NCBI GenBank assembly: GCA_964035545.1
Contig: OZ037765.1
Span: 17,794,995 to 17,858,994, forward strand
Source of the DNA: Bugula neritina
Taxonomy: Eukaryota; Animalia; Bryozoa
Length of the DNA stretch: 64,000 nt
Direction of reading: 5' to 3'
Shown here piece after piece: positions 1 through 41,587 of the stretch. Every line of letters starts with the position of its first letter. The first letter of the stretch is position 1. Both the position numbers and the translations under genes were made by a program. The notes under the pieces are model-generated. The model searched no databases. It saw only the letters and a program-made list of their open reading frames with translations, and was not told where the DNA came from.

Positions 1-503
1 TATCATCACAATTTAGCATAATATTATAAACCAGCATTGAGGTTTGTACTCATCTACATATTATGTCAAAGAAAGATAATAGTACAAATGAGATGAATTT
101 TCTCATTAAATTTGCACACTAATGATTAGTGAAAAATAATTACACAAATTTGTCAAAGAGTTTTAATGTTGTTTTGAAACAGACTGAAAACTTTTAATCT
201 ACCTAAGTGTTATATTTTATTTGTGAAAACATATACTTGCAAAAGACTTGTGTGCAATATAAAAACTTAACCATCAGTTACCACTTACCACAGATATATT
301 TCTTTGCATAAAAATATGTTTAACTCTGACAATGCTTAGTACTTAGTACTTAAGTACTTAACTTCAGAAATCTTTCTATCCATGTCCAAGGTGCAAGTTA
401 TCAATTTCTTAGAAACATCAATAAATTGTGTACATGTATATTATATCATTTAATGAAATAAGATGAAATTTATCTGAAAATGCATAGAATAGCTAATTTT
501 TAC

Positions 504-3500
504 CTGGTAAAACCCGAAGGGCACCGTCTAGACATTTAATTCCTACAGGAAACATCCTCTCCGTACCCAATCTATTCCGAGTTTTAGCATAATGTCTCAA
601 TTCATCTAAGGATTGGAAGTTCAGTAGTCGACTCAGTTCATAGAGCTGTGGAGGGGCAACTCTCAGTTTACCAACCATGGCTAGCCTGAAGATCTCCCCA
701 ACATCCCAGAACTAGGTTTTCACAATACATATATGATATACTGTATCATAGGTATTGGACAACACTATTATATACTGGCAAATATTTAATTTTAACAATG
801 CGTTAAAGTTTAGGTATAAAAATTAATACAAACATAGCTGGTTGCAGAAACTGAAGTTGAAACATGATGAATAAATAAAATGAATTGGTTTCTGAGATAG
901 GGCAAAAATTAAATTACAGTACTCCCTCCATATCTCACGGTTCTATTTCTCATGAAATTCCATAGGTCAAAGAAGGGCTTGGATCTTGGTTTTTTGGCTT
1001 ATTTACGTGTTTATAGAGACAAAATAGCTGAATTCAATAGATCCGTGAGTTAAATCTGGTATTCTACTATGTCACAAATCTAGGTTTCGGGACCCGCAGC
1101 TCAGTGAGATATAGAGGGAGCGCTGTATAAGAATTAAGACAAGATCGGCACTAACCTCTACGTTTGATACTTCAGAATCATCACTCGTAGGTTGAAGGTG
1201 ATGTACATTGTCAAGAATAACAGCATAGAACTGAGTATCATACCTTCGACTTGACTGCTACAATCAGTAGATAAATAGAAATTAACCAGAGTCCTTCAAT
1301 AACTAGTGTTATTCTCCGAGGAGTTAGAAAAATGTAGAAATACATTCCAAAAAAATATATGAAGTTGTTATTCAACTATAAGAAATGAGCTATTAACAAC
1401 ACAGCACTCTAGTAATTTAAACTAGATTCTAAAATATAAAAGTTTGGTGTAATAAACCTGTGCCAAAAGTACTAGGAAAAACATTGCCAATAAACGCACT
1501 TTCAGACCTAGTGGGGTGAGCCAGGTGCTCCAGTCATGCAATGCCCAGATGTCAGGGACAGCATCCATATCCTTGAGAAGCTGACAGAACTGATCTGGAC
1601 TTTGTTGAACTTTTTGTCTGAATTCATCACTGACAGTCTGAACTCCTGCAAAACAGTTCTCAGCTATAGGCTGAAGTACACCACCTGCTAACAGCTATAA
1701 TCTTTACAGTAGACAAAGATTAAGTTACTTAATATGAAATAACCATTATTAAAATAAGATTAAATAATAGACATTGCATGCACCTGCTGTATGCACCAAG
1801 CATATGTATGTTTTACTGGTATTCGGAGAAGTAGGTGACTGTGTAATAACATAGTGGAAGTATCTTTATGACTGCATTAACCTCTGCAGCAGCGCAGACT
1901 ATATTTATTATAAATACTTCTGCAAGAGGACAGCACTTTTATCTTTTATGAACCCATCATAAATAAATTTATAAAACGATGTAGGTGCACCTCCTAGTGA
2001 CACCAAACACAAGTCCTTCGAGTTAAAAGTTTATATCACCAATTTGTGAGGTACTAGAACCACTACAAATATTGATTGAAATTTAAGTTATAAAAATTAA
2101 ATTAAGTAGGTGAAACATATAATTAGTGGCAACATTATTGATCAAACTATTACCAGTCTTTTTATCTAACAGTAAGCCTGTTTCTTCAAGGAGTTCTCGA
2201 ATTGCTGTAATTCTAAAGCCTATGTGAGCAGATATCTCCTACAAAACAACTTGCAATGCTTAAACGTCTTATTCTCAGGTTAACAGCAAACCAGCTCTAA
2301 GACATTATAACTCTTGATTAAACACATGCCAATTAAAATAATAAATAACTAATTTTTAAATCCTAGATGAGACAATTCCGAATAGCATAGTTTAAAATCA
2401 ATGAAACATCAATTGCCAGATAGGGAAGTGCTCACCCCCAAAAACATGGCTACTGAAACCAGTTATCACAAAAAGGATAGACACATAGGAAATTAAAACA
2501 TGCTCAGATATTGTTATCACAAGTTTGTACATAGTCAACAGAAATAAAGGTATTTTGTGGCACTTGCTAAATTAGGTTCCCCGGTTCTTCCTGAAAGAGT
2601 TTGTAAGTAAATAGTTGCTGGCTAAACTGCTGCACCAATTTTAAAAATCTTCTGTTTATTTAGATGACTTGAACAATGTACTGTATTTAAAACAGTTATT
2701 GGTTTTCTAAAAACAGAAATGCCCAAAAACTTGCTTTTCACAGAAAAGTCTCAATGTGACCTTTAAGTCTCTGAGACACGTCAACATGAGCAATGCTCAT
2801 CAAAGTATACTATTGTAGTAATGACATATCACAAGTAGTACTGGTTGCATACATAGCAACTCAAATTACAAAAATTTAGAAAGGAAAAAAGTTGCAACTA
2901 TAGTTTTGAGCACATTTATCAATTAGAACACAACATATTTACAGCAAGTTGATCTTAATTGTTAAATCAGGTGAAGCAGATCAGCAAGTTAAATTAGCAA
3001 AATCACGTGATTTTAAGAATTACAAGAACATCAAGCCAGCAACTGCAGTTTTTTTTAAATATTTCTGTAAACTTCTTGTCTAAACTTACACACACATCTT
3101 ATAACTACAAATGACCATATCAATAACTGAACCTAAAACAAATATTTACCTTCACCAAAATGGGTTTCAAACATTAATATTGCAAATACACATTTACGTA
3201 AGCATTTTATTAATCAACTCACATCTAGTTTATCTTTAGCTTCATTAACAAATATATCAGGGTGTTTAGCCTCTGAACTAATGTTAAATTGCCTGAAATC
3301 TGGAAAGGAGTGGCTCCAAGTTTTAGAAAAGTCACCTGTCTCACAAATTCCACCTGGAAAAACTATGTGGTTGGGCATAAAGGTAGCTTTTGAACTTCGT
3401 TTTACCTAAAGACATAAAATTTATATTCTTTTCATCAAAAGTTATCAAACTCCGAATTAGAAAATATACAAGTTTATTAAACTTTTAAAAATTAGCACTA

Positions 3501-4201
3501 GGAAAAAATAGTTTTAAAGAAGCACCACATAGTGAGATTTTGTGGGTTTAAAATACAAGTTTATAAATAAATAAAAAGCTCACGCAAGTTTATAGCCGGA
3601 ATTTCTGTGAGAAAACCCATGATACAGAGGGTTTTTTGTTAAATTGGGCTGAGGACTTATTCAGGTGGGGGACAGGAGCAATTATGGCTGGATGCTCCTC
3701 CTAACATCACCAATGGCCTTTGTCAGGGCTCGAACCCATGATTTCGTGTTTACTAGGCAAACGCTCTAACCCCTAGACCATTGCTGCTCCAAGTTCATAA
3801 ATAAATACCACTTGATAATTCCTGATTGGAAGCCACTTTTTCCTGTCATGATATTTGAATATACTTATATATTTAATAAAACACACCAACAAAACACCAA
3901 ATTTATTTACATATAGACCAACAAAACTTCGGAAATGAAGATTATGAAAAGTATACAGTCTACAACCAGTATAACAATTTCTTAATAAATAGCCTATAAA
4001 ATAGGCCTACTTTGAAATGCCACTTTTCTATATCCTAAGTGCAGAATGAAAATGGGCATAACACAAATGGGCAGAATGAGCAGGATTCTTCAAACATACC
4101 GTGAGTACAGCTGGCCTTCCAAATTTACCAGGACCAATCATCATCAGAGTAGCCGATCGTTTCCACAACCCATGAGCCGGACAGTTTGCCAAACTAGTCA
4201 T
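504..4201 (-). CDS. NUDT19: Nudix hydrolase, NUDT19-like acyl-CoA diphosphatase; 6 coding exons visible, 3' end probably outside the window
   Basis: Exons 4100-4201, 3223-3405, 2154-2238, 1500-1687, 1156-1257, 504-711, all GT-AG with matching phases. Translation contains NUDT19-type blocks: WKRSATLMM, KRSSKATFMPNHIVFPGG, Nudix box RITAIRELLEETGLLL, PDIWALHDWSTWLTP, RRYDTQFY, APPQLYELSRLLNF, ERMFP...DG..LPG. A donor CCAG|GTAAAA follows 504; if it is not used the ORF ends LPGKN* at 493. Confidence 0.92.
917..1125. mobile_element. Tc1/mariner (pogo/Tigger-like) MITE in a NUDT19 intron
   Basis: Imperfect ~22-bp TIRs CAGTACTCCCTCCATATCTCAC / GTGAGATATAGAGGGAGCGCTG, with TA on both sides (915-916, 1126-1127); 209 bp, non-coding. 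Confidence 0.85.
3590..3790 (-). mobile_element. tRNA-derived SINE in a NUDT19 intron
   Basis: Minus strand starts GGAGCAGCAATGGTCTAGGGGTTAGAGCG with Pol III A box (3770-3780) and B box GGTTCGAGCCC (3726-3736), then a non-tRNA body (GGTGATGTTAGGAGGAGCATCCAGCCATAATTGCTCC...). No intact acceptor stem. 3' boundary approximate. Confidence 0.8.
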
Positions 4202-4804
4202 TTTCTAACATTCTACAATAGTTAAGCATTTTGTCTGAATAAAAAATAGTATTAGATAACTACTTTACTCACTTTCCAAATAAAATTCAGCTAAGTGGAA
4301 GGTCAGAAACTAACAATTTTAAAAGAGCAAGTCTTTATGCTTTTTAGTAATCCTGCTTCATGCTTAGAAACTCGCACACAACATCACTGCCAAATGATTT
4401 AATGATATGGCTACATCAAAAACTGATTTGAAAGATGTATAAAATTAACGACCACTAGTACCAACATTAGTATCATCTATTTATAGAGGAGCATTTCTGC
4501 AAAAGAGACTACTGTTCAGTATCAGATCAACCCCACGGTATTTCCTAAAACAGCAAACCCAATATTTTGCCAGGAATTGCAGTCTACCAGGGTAAACTTC
4601 AGTTACAGAAAATAACGTCTATACATCTACGTATTCTAAAAAATCTACTGCAAAGACTATCAAATAAAAAATCAACACGCAGGATGGAGGAATGCAGTTT
4701 TATACAATTTTCAATTGAATATTAAGGACACAACTTCAACAACTACGAAACGGAGAAACTGGAGGTAGGCACAGTGTACTACACATGTCCCCAACTACTA
4801 AAGT

Positions 4805-4851
4805 CACTGAAATATGTTTTTCTGCGTTGAGCAGAAAAACATATTTCAGTG
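4805..4851. repeat. Perfect 21-bp inverted repeat with 5-nt loop
   Basis: CACTGAAATATGTTTTTCTGC-GTTGA-GCAGAAAAACATATTTCAGTG. Confidence 0.95.
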
Positions 4852-5739
4852 GGCTCCAGCCAAGGTTTTTAAAGTTGTTGGAGCAAAAAGCTTAACTATC
4901 AAAATTATTTCTTAAAAGCAAATATGACAATGACACCTTGAACAGCTAAAACCAAGGCATGTTGTTGGTGAAAATGATAATCCAGATGAGAATGTAAAAC
5001 TTGCTTTTTTAAGTGGGATTTGAATAACATAGTCAACAGTTTAATAACAATTACCTTACCTACACAGGACATTATCGCTGAAAACCTGGCCGTTGACTTT
5101 AAGCTATAATTGGTCCAGCACATAGAAAAACCTAACCAGAAAAGATGTAACCCAGATGCACAGAATATGACAGACATAAGTGTCACAGATTTTAAAGACA
5201 CAAGATAACAAATTTGGTACCATTTTAGCTTGGTCAGAAAGTGTTATAAGAACATAATAATGCAAAATATTGTATAGAATTTTGCTTCCATTACTACTGA
5301 TACTTCAACCAATTAGTTGGGTGTGCAAGTCTAATAATCTGCATGATCTACTTCAGTTTAGATTTATGCTTTAATGCAGGCATAAAATTCATATAGATGC
5401 AGAATATTCACTACTAAAGAGTTCACAGCTTCATTTATAGATGAAGATTTTTTGTCTGCAAGGGTGGGGGGGGGGGAGGAAGACGTAACATTATGTAGGC
5501 CAGTATAAACGGTTATACAACTCAAGTACTACGTAAACGCAATTTCATTAAGTGTATGCCTTAGCCCTTAAAACAATCATATGGTTATGGTGATGGTACC
5601 ACTAACAGTTGACATAAACCGTTGCCAATATATAATAATCAAAGAAACTATAAACAGATAAGCAATAACTAATAATCATAATCATTGCACTTAAAATAAT
5701 TACTTAACAAGAAGCAATAACTTTGAAATGTCTGTTCTG

Positions 5740-6460
5740 TGTACAGAGCTGATCATTAATGATAACTGGTAGTGAGTTACACTGTCATCATCATCATGAC
5801 CATGAGTATGACTAAAAGTAATACTTATAGTAGTACTCTAGTAGTAACCCTAGTATTAGTACTGCTACTAGTAGTAGTAGAAGTACCATTAGTATTACTA
5901 TAACTATTAGTAAGTATTAGTATTTTAATTTACTATTTAATCACAATAAGTATCAGTATGACAATCACGATAACTATGTCTACGACTAACTCTAACTCAG
6001 TCTAAGGAGTTAAACTAAAAGTCAATGAGTAGAACTTGACTAGAAGTAGAACTAATACTATCACATTCACTATCACTATGATATCACTTATGTCCTATCA
6101 CTTAGAGCTAGTCTTAAACTATCAATATCATTCTGATTATCAAATAATTTATATTATTATTATGATGATCATTATTCATTATTATTATGATAGTGATTAT
6201 GATTATGCCAATTTTCATGACCCATGAGCAAAAATATTACTACAAGACTATAAGTATAACTATAACTATAAGTATAAAACTATTACAGTAATACTATTAG
6301 TATTACTACTATTAGTATAACTACTACTATTAGTATTAGTATTGCATTTACTATTAGTATTAGTATTAGTATTAAATTAAAAGCAAAAAACTGGTAGTGG
6401 TACTGGTATCACTATGACTTGAGTATGACTATTCGTATTGCAATTTTTATTTTAATTTTA
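5740..6460. repeat. Degenerate 3/6-nt periodic low-complexity tract (ACT/AGT/ATT/ATC/ATG units)
   Basis: Runs such as CATCATCATCAT, TAGTAGTAGTAG, TATTAGTATTAGTATTAG, ACTATAACTATA; boundaries approximate. Confidence 0.8.
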
Positions 6461-7207
6461 TGATGGAATTGGTAAAGGTCACTGACTGTATGACAATGGA
6501 TTGATTAAGATCACTTGTGACCTAGATGACATGTGTAGCTATGAATCTGGTCTAATAGTAATGGTAACTTTTTTATTAGTCCTAAATAGTGAATACCATA
6601 AATCCCTTTCACTGGCACTGCAGGACCAAAATTATCTGCAGTATTATGACTTTAGGAGCGACTGAAATGCTAAAATATCGCTAGAAGCAGCACCGAGTTG
6701 GGGGTGTCCGACTTAGACTAGCTTCACCACTGAGCTGGAAAAGACCATAATTATTATTGATATTATTAAGATATTATTATTGAGTTCGATGGGCTTTACC
6801 TAGTTGACACAATTAATCTAATCTAAGATCTAAATTCTAATACAATGCTCGTTATATCGAGTGTTAGATAACTACATTATAGAGTTATCTTCTGCTTGCA
6901 ATGTACGAGTACATACTCTATAATATGTCCTTATATGACATCTATTGTAATTTATAAACATCTATATTATTGCTTAATTTGACTACTTTTTTTGCTATTT
7001 ACTGTACATATTTATACATTTTTGAAAGATAAAATGAAGTTTTCAAGCACAGCTATAATTATATTAAATTTATACTCATTTGAAAATTAAGATGATTTTA
7101 CTAACACCTGCTCATATTTTGTACCCCTGATTTAGATGTATGCCAGTGTTTACTGCAAAACTCCTAAAATAGATATCATAATAAGCTTCTACGATCTCAA
7201 GAAATAG

Positions 7208-7670
7208 TGTTGTAGTTTTGCATTTGCACTACGAGAGTGGGATATTATTGCATACACGAACTACTGCTGCATGACCTACTACAAGGTTTGAGAGAGAAAC
7301 CGAAGTAGTTAGCGTTTGTGAAAGATTTATATCTTAGGTCTAATTAGATACAATTAAAGTTACCAGCAATATTGCAAAAGAATACACATATAGAACAGCT
7401 ACACAATAATATTATCCTAGTCTACATGACAATTATCCTCCAACTGAGGCTGGGCGCCGGAAGGCGCTGTTTATATCTGAAAGGTTGGCTTTGATTAGCC
7501 GGTGGGGTTTCGGCGGTGCCACCGTAAGAAGTGGTGCGGTGCCACATGGGATTGCGGCATCGCATTGGAACATTTACAATATAATATGATATCACACCTC
7601 CTGCTGTAGGTATTACATACATGGGAGGTTGGGGGTATACTTTCCACAGCCACCACAATAGGGCCCAACA
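7208..7670 (-). mobile_element. Solo LTR of an LTR retrotransposon (463 bp)
   Basis: Termini TGTTG...CAACA; 5-bp flanks AATAG (7203-7207) and ACTAG (7671-7675), a TSD with one mismatch; GC-rich core; minus-strand TATAAA (7475-7470) 30 nt upstream of TCAGTT initiator (7447-7442); no adjacent gag/pol recognised. Confidence 0.8.
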
Positions 7671-9440
7671 ACTAGAATTCAGCTAAATAACCCAATAACT
7701 CAAGCCTTCATTGGTAAGTTCTGAATATTTGAATGAATGAAGCGAAACAAAATGTTTTTCCCTGCAACACAAACAGGGAATGCACAGAGCTGATATACGG
7801 GTAGAGAAATTTATAAGAGTTGCACAAAACTACAACAAGTGAGCTGGTCCTATTTCAAAAGAAGGAGTTGGCTCAGAAACTGAATTTTTAGAAATTGAGG
7901 TAACCAACTGACCAGCTTTACCTCTGTAAAATATAACAAGCTATTTTCAAGATTACGATAGCATGCCAGTATATATCATACAGGGTTGAGTTGAAGCTTG
8001 AGACAGCAGTAATTCGCTCAAGAAGCACAAATCTACAGATAATTAGGAAAACTCGTAGCCCAACCCATCATGGTATTAATAAACATCGGAGAAGTAAAAT
8101 TTAGCTTATGCGCTCAAGAAATGACACACAACATGAAACGTGCAAAATACTTTTGAAATAGAGCCACAAAAAAATTATTTGTAAAACTTGTCTAGTCATT
8201 ATTTCTAGAAAAATTAGTGACCAACAACAATAAAATAAACTTATTATTGGTGAGAATTATATCAGTGTGATCCCAGAGAGAACTAAAAAAATCCCATGAT
8301 TTAGCTATTTATGAGCTCCTTTAGGGTCAAAGAGAAAATAACTCCTAAACAAGCTTCTAATTGCTAGAAATAAGCTTATGTTGTCTTTTAGAATGTGAAG
8401 GCAATCTTATAATAGTTGTCAGCATAATATGATGTTTAATTTCAAAATATTGTGTTAAACAACACATCATTAACATTAGTGTTGGCAGTTTATTGTCTAT
8501 CATATGTTGAGGGAGATCGATGGCTCATCTCAAACTTATTCTTGAAACAAATATAAGTTTAAATAAGTCGATACACCTAAAGAAATTCAAAATCTTGTTA
8601 TTTAACAAAAAGCTATAATAGACTAGGTTAAAATGTTCAGAGTGTAAGCCCAAATTTTGCTCTTATATTTAAATGATTAAAATGAGTTTAGTTGTAAACA
8701 AAAAATAATAACACACCTTTTGATTACTTGTTTCCAAACTAAACTGCAAAACAAATTTCAATACCATGAAGATTATTGAAAAAAAAAGTGATGAGAAACT
8801 ATATTTCATGCAATGCTATTGCTTACTTACTCAAAATATTTTACCCTATAATCTAGAAGTCTTCAATAAGCTCAAAAATGTTGCCCAAAATGATGTTCTG
8901 CAGTACCAACTAACAGTATGTTTGGAAATTGAAAAGTAATCTAGAAAAAACTTGTATAACTAATGCAAACATATAATATGACTTTAGGCTAAATAAATAA
9001 TACATAGTAAAAGTCACAAGCCCTCCGCTGTGCACATTGTGTTTACACATATTCCTCAGTGACTTGGGAATTCATGTCAAATACTTTTAGTTCGACAGTC
9101 TGAGGTACTTTAAGGGTATTGAATAATTATGAAATATTTTGAGTTCCAAAACATAAGTTATTAATAAGGCATTCATAATAATTGTAAAGAAAGTATGCAT
9201 CACAGTGGGTTAGAAACACTAGGGTTTCGATACGCCTACTCAGCCTACTCAACAACAACTTAAAGAACCAGTGCATACCATAGTTCTGGCTTGTTGGAAA
9301 TTCTATATAGTTTTATTATAAGTAGCTACAGCATATATAATATATATGCATATTATGCTGATCAATTACTTGTGCAAGGTATGATATTTAAAAGGAAGCA
9401 AAATTTAACCCAACATGTTATTTCATTTTATGCTCTAGAG

Positions 9441-9781
9441 CAGGGGTGTCCAACCTTTTCAGACCGAGGGCCACTGAAAGGGAATATTCTGGTGATGAGG
9501 GCTACATTGTAAACTTTAGCTTGTGCTGGGGGCCACAGCATTAGTATTTTTCAAATTACTTTATTTCAAATTCGCATGAATTATCACACAATTAAGTTCC
9601 AATAGTTACTCCAGGCTGCATGCTTTGTAGCATATGTAGAAATAAGACATTTGAAAGGTGGTTTTTCACTCTAATTCATGCATATGTGTGAAAACTAATT
9701 TTAGCTTTATGCCTTTGAGGGCAACATAAATGTAGGCTGGGGGCTCTGTCCGGCCTTGGGGCCGCTTGCTGGACAGCCTTG
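9441..9781. mobile_element. hAT (Charlie-like) MITE
   Basis: TIRs CAGGGGTGTCCAAC / GCTGGACAGCCTTG; perfect 8-bp TSD CTCTAGAG (9433-9440, 9782-9789) with central TA. Confidence 0.92.
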
Positions 9782-10624
9782 CTCTAGAGTCTGGACTATA
9801 CTGAGTATTTTTGTACTTGTGAAGATACTCTGCTGCTCCCCAGATCACCAGTGAGGCCACACAAGGAGTTTGACTTTTCAATAATAATTTATCACAAAAT
9901 CTGTAGCACTTAAACAACTTTGGTGTGAGATCATTTTTATTTTGCTACAATTACATTTACAAGTTGTTGATATTTTAAGCTTTACGGTTTTTACTCTCTG
10001 GTAGTATAGCTTTAAACTCTTAATAACATATGTGCTGAAAACATGTCAGCACTATATTATGGCAGGATAACTCCAAGATCTGTCTTGAATAAGGAATGAT
10101 GAAAACACTAAAATTATACATCGACTTTTTTTGTTAGGTAGAAGTTCTAAGTGTTTGTTTTGCTGCTTGTTGGTTTTACTATTATGAATTAGCTGCATCT
10201 GAAGCAGTACTACGACAGCTAAAAGCCACTTATAGATTGAGTTACTTGTTTGTGCACATTAGCAGAGGTTTACAATTATTACCATATACTATTGAGCCCC
10301 AAGTGCAACTGTCTTAGCAGATAATATGATTTCATGCTATGCGTGTCCACCTACATTTTCGTAAAAGCACAGTTTTTCTTTACATACATACATACAATAT
10401 GATATTTCTTTAGCAGCATCCCTAAATTAACAATTATATGTACTGGATGAATTTCTTTACAATGTTTATAGACTGCTTTGCCAAGCATATCTATTGAATA
10501 TTACATGGTGGGTATTTCTTTTAAAACAAAGTTGAGTGTGTTGCTAATTAGCCCGTGATCTGGTGACCTAGTTTTAGAGACATGAATGGACACTGCTATT
10601 GTGTATAGTCGTGCTACCTGGAAA

Positions 10625-10760
10625 GAGACTGCACCTGCTTATTTATATGACTGATAACAGAGGGTAATTATTGGCTGATTGGATAAATGACTTTGCAGCT
10701 GCTGAGTCGTGTGCCTCTAAATTAAACATGTTCTATCCTCGTTTCTGATTGGCTAACTTG
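10625..10760 (+). promoter_or_regulatory. Putative Dscam proximal promoter (inverted CCAAT boxes and E-boxes)
   Basis: ATTGG at 10670, 10678 and 10748 (CTGATTGGCT); GCACCTGC 10631-10638 and GCAGCTGC 10695-10702; 200-350 bp upstream of the Dscam ATG. Motif-level evidence only. Confidence 0.45.
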
Positions 10761-10969
10761 TATTCCTGTGAAGATGAACTGATGTAAGGCAGATTCTATC
10801 AACTGTAATCTCATTGAATGCTTAGGAGGGTTTTGTATTTACTTCTAATATTCACCGACAATGCTTTTAGCAATAAAACCTGTTTGATTATTTTAACGAG
10901 AAAAAGCTATTTCTCTATTGGTACTGCCTGATTGTTATGTTTGGCATCGGGTGATCTGCCACGTTGACT

Positions 10970-41587
<30,618 letters not shown>

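Noticed and set aside
3715-3790. tRNA gene
   Set aside because: A and B boxes are present but the acceptor stem is not formed and the sequence continues into a SINE body.
4905-5280. 98-aa minus-strand ORF or decayed plus-strand coding sequence
   Set aside because: No recognisable domain, multiple stops in plus frames, and no consistent exon chain.
7422-7658. 78-aa ORF or HDV-like ribozyme in a GC-rich patch
   Set aside because: Lies wholly within the solo LTR; I could not build the nested double pseudoknot and saw no protein similarity.
7700-8130. Possible pseudo-exons or retroelement internal region next to the LTR
   Set aside because: Short interrupted frames with no gag/pol motifs, and the LTR is closed by a TSD on both sides.
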